The notes under the pieces are model-generated. The model was not told the origin of the DNA. It did not search any database and saw only the letters and a program-made list of their open reading frames with translations. A program made the translations under genes and the position numbers. A DNA stretch of 43,519 bases from a virus. This document shows, piece after piece, positions 35,449 through 43,519 of this stretch. Position 1 is the stretch's first letter. Each line of letters starts with the position of its first letter. The stretch lies in UHGV virus genome UHGV-0308184. The stretch is one strand, 5' to 3'.

Positions 35449-36651
35449 ATGGATATAAAAGTACAAAAAACAGAAGATTTGATACCTTATGAAAAAAATC
35501 CCAGACATAATGAAGGTGCTATCACTGCAGTTGCTAAAAGTATCGAAAAGTTTGGATTTAAAGTTCCTATTGTGGTAGATGCTTCTAATGTCATTGTAAA
35601 TGGGCATACAAGATTAAAAGCTGCTAAGTATTTGGGACTAAAAGAAGTACCTACAATTATTGCTGATGACTTGACTCCAGAGCAAATCAAAGCTTTTCGT
35701 TTAGCTGATAATAAGGTCGGAGAAATTGCTACATGGGATGAAGAATTATTAAATGCGGAGTTAGATGAATTAGCAGATTTAGATTTAGATTTTGATATGA
35801 CAGAGTTTGGTTTTGACCTACCAGATATTGAAGGTGAAGAAGTCGAGGTAATTGAAGATGAATTCGAAGAAGAACTCCCTGCAGAACCTATTTCCAAATT
35901 AGGTGATATTTATCAATTAGGAAGGCACCGTTTAATGTGCGGGGACAGTACAAATTCTTTAGAAGTAGAAAAATTAATGGGCAATAAAAAAGCCGATCTT
36001 TTGATTACTGATCCTCCATACAATGTAGCGTACGAAGGTAAAGGAAAAGAAGCACTAACTATTAAAAATGATAGTAAAGAAACGAATGAATTTCATTCAT
36101 TTTTATATGAAGCTTTTAGTGCAGCCATAAATAATATGAAATTAGGAAGTTCATTCTATGTGTGGTATGCCTCATCAGAAGTAGTGAATTTTCATACTGC
36201 TTTAGAAGAAGCTGGGTTTTTAGTAAAACAAGAATTGATTTGGAATAAAAATAGTATGGTTTTAAGTCGTCAAGATTACCATTGGAAACATGAACCTTGC
36301 TTATATGGTTGGGCTTCTGGGGGCAGTCATTCTTGGTATTCAGATAGAAAGCAGACTACTATTCTTAATTTTGACAGGCCTACAGTTAATAAGGAACACC
36401 CTACTATGAAGCCAGTTGCACTATTCGATTATCAAATTAAAAATAGCAGTAAGCAGGGAGACTGTATTTTAGATTTGTTTGGAGGTTCTGGTACTACGTT
36501 AATAGCATGTGAGCAGAATGAAAGAGAAGCCTATTTAATGGAGTTAGATCCAAGATATGTTGACGTCATTATAGCTAGATGGGAAGCATTCACAGGAGAA
36601 GTGGCTGTGAAGATATCAGGTAATGATACGGCGGTGGTTGATGGTGGCTAG
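35449..36651 (+). CDS. ParB-like nuclease domain fused to a beta-class N6-adenine/N4-cytosine DNA methyltransferase.
   Basis: The N-terminus holds the ParB N-domain motifs (KNPRHNEGAI...NGHTRLKAAKYLG). The C-terminus holds DPPYN (motif IV) followed later by FGGSGTT (motif I). RBS AGGAGG lies upstream. Confidence 0.8.
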   Translation: MDIKVQKTEDLIPYEKNPRHNEGAITAVAKSIEKFGFKVPIVVDASNVIVNGHTRLKAAKYLGLKEVPTIIADDLTPEQIKAFRLADNKVGEIATWDEELLNAELDELADLDLDFDMTEFGFDLPDIEGEEVEVIEDEFEEELPAEPISKLGDIYQLGRHRLMCGDSTNSLEVEKLMGNKKADLLITDPPYNVAYEGKGKEALTIKNDSKETNEFHSFLYEAFSAAINNMKLGSSFYVWYASSEVVNFHTALEEAGFLVKQELIWNKNSMVLSRQDYHWKHEPCLYGWASGGSHSWYSDRKQTTILNFDRPTVNKEHPTMKPVALFDYQIKNSSKQGDCILDLFGGSGTTLIACEQNEREAYLMELDPRYVDVIIARWEAFTGEVAVKISGNDTAVVDGG

Positions 36652-37060
36652 AAATGATAATTTAAAACCATTTTCAGAGCGAAGCGTGGATGAAGCTAGA
36701 GAGCTTGGAAGAAAAGGCGGTAAAGCAAGCGGAGAAGTTAGACGAAAAAAAGCTGACTTGAAACGAGCTATTTCTATTGTTTTATCATCAGAAGTACCAA
36801 GCTCTAAAATGGCTAAGACGCTAAAAGAAATGGGATATGAGAACACTAACGAGATGGCCATGGTCTTATCTATGACGCAAAAAGCAATTAAGGGAGATGT
36901 CAAAGCAGCATCCTGGATTTCCAATATTATTCAACCTGCAAAGGTAGAGCATGAAGTTGAAATGAGTGTGGGCGTTGATGAGAAGCGGAAAGTAGCAGAA
37001 GAATACATTAGGGGCCTGTTTAATAATGACACTGGAAATAGCACAGAAGAGAACAATTAA
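36641..37060 (+). CDS. terS: Terminase small subunit.
   Basis: The N-terminal NLKPFSERSVDEARELGRKGGKASGEVRRKK is characteristic of Firmicutes phage small terminases. It lies immediately upstream of the large terminase. Confidence 0.55.
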   Translation: MVARNDNLKPFSERSVDEARELGRKGGKASGEVRRKKADLKRAISIVLSSEVPSSKMAKTLKEMGYENTNEMAMVLSMTQKAIKGDVKAASWISNIIQPAKVEHEVEMSVGVDEKRKVAEEYIRGLFNNDTGNSTEENN

Positions 37061-38585
37061 GCTTTTAAAAAGTTCAACGCCCAAAGAAAAACTCAATAAG
37101 TTTGTAAAAGGTTATGTTCCAACTCACTACAAGAGATTAAGTATATCAATGGAAAAAGCAATAGAACTAGCCATAATTGGGGCAACCGAAAGTCTAGCAT
37201 ATTATGGTGATCGATTATATTTTACGCAGGCTCTATTAATGGGGGCTGTGGTAAGTGGAGAGTATGACAACATTATTGTCGTTACCCCTTCACAGTATGG
37301 TAAAAGCTGGTTGAGTTCGAGAATAGCTGTTTGGCTCGCTGATCACAATCGGCGTTGTTACGTGGCGGGTGGTAAAAAAGATACCACTGATATTATCATG
37401 CAACATGTTACAGATACACTACAGACTGTTGATGAATCAATTGCAAGAAAATTATTAGAGCCTGTTGATAAGCTAGAAAGACTTCAAACGGGTTTATCCA
37501 AAAGAAAGATTTCTTTCAGTGGCGGAGGATCGATTGAAGGGATTTCATTAGGTGAACATTTCAAAGGAAACAAATCTGGAAACCAAGCGATTGGTCGTGG
37601 TGGAGATTATATTATTGATGAATCAGCGTTCGTCTCAAATGAAACATATGCTGAGCTTGGTCGTAGAAATTTTGCAAATGTGGATGGTAAAAACTATCTA
37701 TCTTTTGAAATATCTAACCCACATAATAAAGGTCGATTTTATGACAAACTAACTCAAGAAAATATTCCAAAAGGCATGTTGGTTGTATGGGCAGATGTTA
37801 GGACCGCTTTTGAAGAAGATCGAGTTAAAAGTATTGAACAAGTAATAAGTTCTGAATTTTTTCAAAATAAATCTACATGCCAACGTTACTTTTTATGTGA
37901 GCTTCCAGACGAAAATGAAGATGGAATGTTTGGGACACCTCAAACAGAAGAAGAACATACCGAAAAAAATTGGGAGTATTTCCTTGGTGTAGACAGTGCT
38001 TATAAAGGAAAAGATAAAATCAAAGCCACGTTATCAGCATTAGATGCACAAGGACAAGTACATGTTATAGACACTATAGAAATTGAAAAAGGTGACTGGC
38101 AAGACGGTGTGACTAGTAAAAAGATAATTACTCAATTGTTGATGATTATAGAACATTTTGAAGTTAAAGGTGTATGTGTCGACGTAGGTTACGGTGTTTA
38201 TATTGTTGAAGGTTTAGCACATATTAACGGAGATTTCGAATTACACGGCATAAATTTCGGTGCTGGTACAACTAAAGAAAGGGTGGAAAAAAAACACTAC
38301 TCGGCAAAATATGGGGCAAATAAGCGTGCTGAAATGCACATTGACTTACAAGAAAACATTGATAACAGAAATATATTTTTCACTGAAAAAGTATATGAAG
38401 AAGTTATAGATGAACTAGTTCTTGTAAGTAGCAAGATCAAGTCTAACGGAAAAACAGCCATTGTTCCAAAGGAAGAAATCAAAGCTAAGTTGGGCCACTC
38501 ACCAGATACACTTGATTCAGTTCTGCTATCGCTACATGCGATTATTCTATATAAATTAAACGAACGATTCTATATCTATTCTTGA
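37026..38585 (+). CDS. terL: Terminase large subunit.
   Basis: 519 aa with a Walker-A-like PSQYGKSW, Walker-B-like YIIDESAF, and a nuclease-like LGVDSAYKGKDK. It sits between the small terminase and the portal gene. Confidence 0.7.
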   Translation: MTLEIAQKRTIKLLKSSTPKEKLNKFVKGYVPTHYKRLSISMEKAIELAIIGATESLAYYGDRLYFTQALLMGAVVSGEYDNIIVVTPSQYGKSWLSSRIAVWLADHNRRCYVAGGKKDTTDIIMQHVTDTLQTVDESIARKLLEPVDKLERLQTGLSKRKISFSGGGSIEGISLGEHFKGNKSGNQAIGRGGDYIIDESAFVSNETYAELGRRNFANVDGKNYLSFEISNPHNKGRFYDKLTQENIPKGMLVVWADVRTAFEEDRVKSIEQVISSEFFQNKSTCQRYFLCELPDENEDGMFGTPQTEEEHTEKNWEYFLGVDSAYKGKDKIKATLSALDAQGQVHVIDTIEIEKGDWQDGVTSKKIITQLLMIIEHFEVKGVCVDVGYGVYIVEGLAHINGDFELHGINFGAGTTKERVEKKHYSAKYGANKRAEMHIDLQENIDNRNIFFTEKVYEEVIDELVLVSSKIKSNGKTAIVPKEEIKAKLGHSPDTLDSVLLSLHAIILYKLNERFYIYS

Positions 38586-38602
38586 TGAAAGGAGGGAAAT
38601 GA

Positions 38603-39883
38603 ATGTCTGAAACTGAATTAGTTGGGAAAGATGAACTATTAAAAGCGATGACTATGTGTAATAGTTGTCCAGATTTTAATTTAAACGATTTAAGAGGTAA
38701 GGGTGATAACAACTATCAGCTTTATGATTGGTTAATTCATAATTTGCCAACAGCACAATATGTTCTTGGTAAGTTAGTAGAGCTTATTTTTTCTAATAAC
38801 TTAACTACAGGCGATGAAAAACAAGATGAAATATTGAATAACTTTTTATATGGTCAAACGAATCCAGAAGGAGTTACCAACTATCACGTACTTGTTCAAT
38901 CAATTAAGGAATCAATTGTATACGGTCGATCTGGTTTACGTTTTTTATCTAAAGATGATGGATTGATTAACGTAAAGTGTAATCATTTTGGCGTTGCTCA
39001 AATATTGAATAAAGAACATTACGGATATAAAGAATTGATTGGTTTCGTTATTGACAAAAAAGGTCGAGCTATTACAGATGTCGATCTCCGTGAAGGAGAA
39101 ATTGATTCAGAAGAATACTTTAAAAAAGGAATATTTGTTTTTAAAAACAATGACAATATTTTATTGCCACCCGAAAAATTCGTTAATTTAAGGGTTGATA
39201 CATCTACTCCCAAAGGATCGAGTGTCTTTGATTCGGATATCCAACGAGTCCTGCTTATAGCTTCGGTATATAAACGACTACTATATGATATCGAATATGA
39301 TGGCGCAGGAAGATTAATTTTCTGGGCAGATAATGCCAATAGTAATGAAGAAAGCTCAAATAACTTTTTGAACGACACTGAATCGGCAACCAAACGACGG
39401 CAGGATAAATATAAAAAAGAAGTTGAAGAAATAATGAAGCTCGTAAAAGACAGCAATTCAACAAGCGTTTTAGCAGTTTCAAATGCTTTTAAAAAGATGG
39501 ACCACTTGCCACGTGTAACTAAAGCGACGGAGTTTCTTAGTTATTTAAATCAGGAAGGCGAGATTATGGCGCAAGTATTCGGTGTTCCTAATGTTCTGCT
39601 TGGATTAGGTAAAATCAGTGGGAATATATCAATGGAAAAAGTAATAGATAATGCAATGCTTAATTCAATTATTCCTTTACGTGAAAATATTGCGACTCAA
39701 ATTTCGAGCATATTAACAAATAATTTAAAAGTTCCAAAAGTCTATTTTGACAAATATGAACTAAAATCTCAGTCAGATATAAATGATAGGCGATTGAAAG
39801 TTTTAACTGTTGCTGAGCGACTTAAAGCACTAGGTAAAGAGGATTTAGCTAATAAAATTATTGAGGAGGAAATTCAGTTATGA
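38603..39883 (+). CDS. Portal protein.
   Basis: 426 aa with RBS AAAGGAGGG. The call is based on position between the large terminase and the head-morphogenesis genes. Confidence 0.5.
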   Translation: MSETELVGKDELLKAMTMCNSCPDFNLNDLRGKGDNNYQLYDWLIHNLPTAQYVLGKLVELIFSNNLTTGDEKQDEILNNFLYGQTNPEGVTNYHVLVQSIKESIVYGRSGLRFLSKDDGLINVKCNHFGVAQILNKEHYGYKELIGFVIDKKGRAITDVDLREGEIDSEEYFKKGIFVFKNNDNILLPPEKFVNLRVDTSTPKGSSVFDSDIQRVLLIASVYKRLLYDIEYDGAGRLIFWADNANSNEESSNNFLNDTESATKRRQDKYKKEVEEIMKLVKDSNSTSVLAVSNAFKKMDHLPRVTKATEFLSYLNQEGEIMAQVFGVPNVLLGLGKISGNISMEKVIDNAMLNSIIPLRENIATQISSILTNNLKVPKVYFDKYELKSQSDINDRRLKVLTVAERLKALGKEDLANKIIEEEIQL

Positions 39884-40410
39884 GTATTTTAGAAGATCTA
39901 AGCAAAGCAAAAAAGAAAGCAAAACCATATGCAGTAGTCGGTGGACGTGAGGTTTATGATTATGACTCTTTAGAGAAAAAAGTTGAAATCGATCAAGCCG
40001 AAGCGAAAGTTGGTGGTGGCCAAGTAGATTTAGGGAAAATGAAACCGACAAAAGATGGATGGGGGTATACCGACATGGGAAATAGTTTCTCGGCAATTCC
40101 TCAAGATATCTTATTTATCAATCGTTATAAAAAAGAAAATGATGCTTATTTAATCGTAACAGACTATCGTGCCATTAAAGAACAGTCTAGTGGTCAAATT
40201 TATGCATCAAGTGTTCAAGCGCTAGTTATTAAAAATAAAGGCAAAAAAGGTGAAGAAGAGATGTATCTCGAAAGTATTCGAAATGTATCTGATACTGAAT
40301 TTATCAACGATTTTACTGGAGAATTGTCAAACATTTCAATGGCAAAAGTTTTTGAAGCTATCGATAAAGACAAGGTGAAAGAAGTAAGCAAAGATGAAAT
40401 CAGTTTCTAA
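39880..40410 (+). CDS. Hypothetical head-morphogenesis-region protein, 176 aa.
   Basis: RBS GAGGAGGA. ATGA overlap with the portal stop. Confidence 0.45.
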   Translation: MSILEDLSKAKKKAKPYAVVGGREVYDYDSLEKKVEIDQAEAKVGGGQVDLGKMKPTKDGWGYTDMGNSFSAIPQDILFINRYKKENDAYLIVTDYRAIKEQSSGQIYASSVQALVIKNKGKKGEEEMYLESIRNVSDTEFINDFTGELSNISMAKVFEAIDKDKVKEVSKDEISF

Positions 40411-40975
40411 TATTGCTTTAGAGTACACCACAACAAGCAATGAACAAAAGCAACGTGAACTATTATTGCTATTAGTTTCTTACTTCCTAACTCTTTATGA
40501 TATGGAAAAAGAAAACTTTGCTGATGAACTTGGTATTTCCAGTGAGTTTGTAGAAGATGCTCAAATTAAGTTTGATTACATGAAGAAAATTGAACTGACA
40601 TTGCAAAATATGCGTGAGACTGTACAGAGTGAAAAAGACAAAGACAGTGAAGCTCTAACTGCTCTATATTTTAATCGAATTTTAAATACAGATGGAAAAA
40701 AAGCTAAAGAATTAGCTCAAATCGAAACTGCAAAACATTTAACTCGACTTGATCGTTCTAAGAAAATTAGAAAGAGATGGAAAGCATTTTCAGGATGCTG
40801 TGATGTGTGTAGAGCAATGGATGGAGTAACAGTAGCTCTTGATGAGCCATTCATGTATCAAGGTCAAGTTGTTGAATTGAGCAGTGGTGAACGTTATATC
40901 AACAATTACGCAGCGATGGACACGCCAAATGCTCATCCAAACGATAAATGCTCTATTGAATTTATTATCGAATAA
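40394..40975 (+). CDS. Phage Mu F-like (SPP1 gp7-like) minor head protein domain.
   Basis: C-terminal CCDVCRAMDGV ... NAHPNDKCSIEF matches the Mu F motif (C-x-x-C ... H-P-N-C). Confidence 0.55.
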   Translation: MKSVSNIALEYTTTSNEQKQRELLLLLVSYFLTLYDMEKENFADELGISSEFVEDAQIKFDYMKKIELTLQNMRETVQSEKDKDSEALTALYFNRILNTDGKKAKELAQIETAKHLTRLDRSKKIRKRWKAFSGCCDVCRAMDGVTVALDEPFMYQGQVVELSSGERYINNYAAMDTPNAHPNDKCSIEFIIE

Positions 40976-40994
40976 TTGAAGGGGGGTGTAAACT

Positions 40995-41324
40995 ATGGCG
41001 AAAATTAAGTTACCAATCGTAACAATTAACGCAAAAGGTGGCGCTCAATATGTTGTTGAAGGCGTCGAAGCAGTAAATGCGTTAACTCAATTAGAAAATT
41101 ATCCTGAACGTGGTATTCGTATCAAAGTTGATGGGAAAATGACAGTAATTACAGAAGGTTGTTTATGTTCTGCAGCTGTTACTGGAGAGGTTGAAGTAGA
41201 TGTTCCTGAAATCGTTTGTGAAGAAGTAGAGTGTGAACCAATTTCCAATATTTTACCAAATCCAAAAAATCCAACTGATCCAGGGGAAAATTCAAAACCA
41301 GAAGAAAAAGCTGGCGAAAAATAA
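40995..41324 (+). CDS. Hypothetical protein with an acidic C-terminus, 109 aa.
   Basis: RBS GAAGGGGGGTG. Confidence 0.45.
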   Translation: MAKIKLPIVTINAKGGAQYVVEGVEAVNALTQLENYPERGIRIKVDGKMTVITEGCLCSAAVTGEVEVDVPEIVCEEVECEPISNILPNPKNPTDPGENSKPEEKAGEK

Positions 41325-41517
41325 AACTAGGAAGTGTCAGTATGAAACAATTTAAAAACAATTTAGAGATGTTTCGTTACATTGATGCCATTAATAAAGA
41401 GCCTAGTAGAGAATTTAAAATTGAGCCATTACGAGAAGAGATTATTATTGAACCTATCGAAGAAGACGTAGAATCAAAAGCTAATAAAAAAGCTAAAAAT
41501 AAGAAGGGGGCGAAGGA

Positions 41518-41826
41518 ATGAACTACTTTAAATTAGTTGACGGTATTCGTTCCCCTCAGTCTATCGATGTAGTACGTTCAGAAAACGGATATAAAAAATT
41601 TGGTTGGATACGTGTCCTTCCAGATGAACGATATCCGTTGGGAGACGATGAAGCATTTATTCAATCATTAGAAAATGCTAGTGTTGAAAAGCTTTACTCC
41701 GACAAATTAGTTACTGAGCTCGAAAATAACGGAATTCAATTTGAAGTCTTTAACGGCGGATGTTGTGGCGGAAAAATCAAAAAAGTAAGTTATAAGATCA
41801 TCGATATTGTTAGAGATGAGGTGTAA
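41518..41826 (+). CDS. Hypothetical protein, 102 aa.
   Basis: RBS AGAAGGGGG. Confidence 0.45.
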   Translation: MNYFKLVDGIRSPQSIDVVRSENGYKKFGWIRVLPDERYPLGDDEAFIQSLENASVEKLYSDKLVTELENNGIQFEVFNGGCCGGKIKKVSYKIIDIVRDEV

Positions 41827-41827
41827 C

Positions 41828-42859
41828 ATGTTTGATTTTATCAAGAAACGTGATGCTCAAACGCAAGCACGAAAACGTATGAAAAAGGATTTAGACGAAA
41901 TTTTCGAATTTAATAATGAAGAAAAACAGCAACATACATTGAACCACATTGTTCAACTAGCTAATAATGATTTGAAGGAAATTGGCTGGGTTCGATTACT
42001 GGATGAAGGAACAGTATTATACGGTGATGGAAGTATTCGAAGTTATATAAAACGTGGAACTATAAAAGAATTTTATGACTCTTTAGAAGATGATTATATT
42101 GGCTATATCAATATTGGACACATTAATTTTGCTACGTTACCAATATTTGTTGGTCAGTGGACTAAAAATGATTTGCGCTTAGTAGATATTGGAGAAAACC
42201 GTCAAGCATTAGAAGTCAATATGAAAATTGATGAAAGCTTATCTGTTATCCAAGATTTGCAAAAAATGCCATATACAATTGGTATTTCAGCCGAATTTAT
42301 GGCAAGTTATGACGAAGAATTATCTTACGAATATGAATTTCCAGTTATTGAACATCTTTTTATCATGGGATTTGGCATCGTTGGAGATGTAGGTAATGTG
42401 AATAGTAGCGGTATAAATTTATCCGCAGAGGAGGCAGACAAAATGGCTTTAGCAGATTTATTTGGCAAGAAAAAAGAAAATGATCAAGAAACGATCAAAG
42501 AACCTGAAACTAAACAAACAGAATCAAAAGAAGAGCCCAAAGAACCTGAAGTGGCAACAAAAAAATCAGAGGAACAGAATGTTGAAGAAAATGACAAAAA
42601 AGAATCTGAAGCGGAACTTTCCGAAAAAGAAGACCATACATTCGAACAACTTTATAATTTATCTATGGAGCAAAATGAAAAAATGGTTGTTGAGCTTGAA
42701 CAGTTACGTGCTGAAAATAAATCTTTAAAAGAAGAAAAATTGAAGCAAGAACAAACAAATGAAAAAGCTGTTCAACGCTTGGAAAAATTGATGAATCGTA
42801 TTGAAGTTTCAGCGCTGCCACAAGCAACTGGATCTACTAAAAATAAATGGGGGGAATAA
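41828..42859 (+). CDS. Putative scaffold protein with a highly charged coiled-coil C-terminal half.
   Basis: ATG 41828 with RBS GAGATGAGGTG. The K/E-rich C-terminus is typical of scaffolds. It lies immediately upstream of the capsid gene. Confidence 0.45.
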   Translation: MFDFIKKRDAQTQARKRMKKDLDEIFEFNNEEKQQHTLNHIVQLANNDLKEIGWVRLLDEGTVLYGDGSIRSYIKRGTIKEFYDSLEDDYIGYINIGHINFATLPIFVGQWTKNDLRLVDIGENRQALEVNMKIDESLSVIQDLQKMPYTIGISAEFMASYDEELSYEYEFPVIEHLFIMGFGIVGDVGNVNSSGINLSAEEADKMALADLFGKKKENDQETIKEPETKQTESKEEPKEPEVATKKSEEQNVEENDKKESEAELSEKEDHTFEQLYNLSMEQNEKMVVELEQLRAENKSLKEEKLKQEQTNEKAVQRLEKLMNRIEVSALPQATGSTKNKWGE

Positions 42860-42862
42860 CAG

Positions 42863-43519
42863 ATGGTATTAGAAGTTAATCAAGCCATCGTTAATGAATC
42901 GTTACAAACAGAGCAAGTTATGGAACAACTAAGCTCTACTGTAGATGTCATTGTCGATAATATCGAAAAATATACAAATGCTGCTCGTTATGGTAAAGGA
43001 AATAATTATGCTTTAAATAACTTGCGAACAGCAGTTCAAAACCAATTTCCTTTAGTTGATTGGTTATTAAGCACAAGCCTATCTCAAATGATTGAGAACG
43101 CTTGGCAAAATGGCTCATTGCCAACTGTAACTGATGAAGATGGAAATGTTTATTTAAAAGCACCTTTAAATGTATTTACGACACCACCAAAAGATACTAA
43201 AGGTGAATGCTGTTGGTTACCTTTTGATATTGCAGCATGTGGGGGCAAAGCACCAATTAATATTCTATGTTTAAAAGATTGTGTGGATATGTTAAATCAC
43301 TTATTGGACCGTAAATTAAAAGTTCAATCGAATGATTTAATTGGTTTCTTTAAGCAAGCAGGGCAGACTTATGAAGAAGTTCGTGATTTCATGAATCGTG
43401 AAAGTATGGCTTTCTATACTGCCAATACAATTGTTAATGGACAACTAGATGTTACAACACCTATCTTAAAAAAATTCCATGGATTAATGGAAATTTTAAA
43501 ACGCCCAGAAGTTTTCAAA
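42863..43519 (+). CDS. Major capsid protein, N-terminal part. It is open at the window end and continues at 1..522.
   Basis: ATG 42863 with RBS GGGGGAATAACAG. 219 codons with no stop run to the last base of the window. Confidence 0.5.
   Translation, partial: MVLEVNQAIVNESLQTEQVMEQLSSTVDVIVDNIEKYTNAARYGKGNNYALNNLRTAVQNQFPLVDWLLSTSLSQMIENAWQNGSLPTVTDEDGNVYLKAPLNVFTTPPKDTKGECCWLPFDIAACGGKAPINILCLKDCVDMLNHLLDRKLKVQSNDLIGFFKQAGQTYEEVRDFMNRESMAFYTANTIVNGQLDVTTPILKKFHGLMEILKRPEVFK

Larger units (their letters stand above)
1..43519. mobile_element. Temperate siphovirus genome, circularly permuted, with the break inside the major capsid gene. It has a canonical modular layout: structural and lysis genes, att/int, lysogeny, early/replication, and packaging.
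   Basis: Synteny of about 70 phage-typical genes. The capsid ORF is open at the right end and the same frame continues from position 1. An integrase sits next to repeat-flanked noncoding DNA. Confidence 0.75.

Noticed and set aside
39880-40975. The possibility that 39880..40410 and 40394..40975 are one Mu F-like gene split by a frameshift.
   Set aside because: Each has its own start codon (the first with a strong RBS). The 17-nt overlap is typical of translational coupling, and no slippery sequence is visible. It cannot be excluded without homologue alignment.
1-43519. A CRISPR array, DGR or retron, insertion sequence, or restriction-modification pair.
   Set aside because: No array of short identical repeats with unique spacers was seen; the only repeat arrays are coding (tape measure, collagen, iterons) or structured hairpins. 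No reverse-transcriptase motifs, no transposase, and no endonuclease partner for the methyltransferases were recognisable.

Overview
The window reads as one complete, circularly permuted genome of a temperate siphovirus from a low-GC Firmicutes host; the base composition and gene content look Enterococcus- or Listeria-like. The major capsid gene runs off the right end at 43519 with no stop codon, and its frame and protein continue in the ORF at 1..522. From 542 to 18348 the + strand carries head-tail connectors, a major tail protein, tail chaperones joined by a -1 frameshift, a 1720-aa tape measure, baseplate, lysin and fibre proteins, two holin-like genes, and a GH25/SH3b endolysin. An ~800-bp noncoding island at 18349..19158 follows. 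It is packed with hairpins, including three copies of a repeated hairpin module, and ends in a tRNA(CAT). Next come an Abi_2-type gene and a convergent 82-aa ORF, which look like cargo. A candidate attP with 19-bp direct repeats abuts a minus-strand tyrosine integrase. The lysogeny module is on the minus strand: lipoprotein, ImmA-like peptidase, and a short XRE repressor. A switch region carries three operator-like repeats. The + strand then carries a cro-like gene and the early and replication genes: RecT, a PD-(D/E)XK nuclease, a DnaD-like organizer with internal iterons, a DnaC-like loader, RusA, a small methyltransferase, and many small unknown ORFs. After these come ArpU, a tRNA-Cys gene beside a tRNA 3'-end remnant, a ParB-methyltransferase fusion, the small and large terminase subunits, portal, a Mu-F-like protein, and scaffold. 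I found no CRISPR array, no reverse transcriptase or DGR, and no insertion sequence. I could not identify an unambiguous novel multi-gene system. The best leads are the hairpin/tRNA island next to the Abi locus, the duplicated tRNA 3' end, cysteine- and histidine-rich virion proteins, and a possible antisense sRNA opposite the ArpU promoter. All product calls rest on motifs read by eye, not on database searches. Several ORF-track starts are TTG or GTG codons or sit upstream of better-supported ATG starts.
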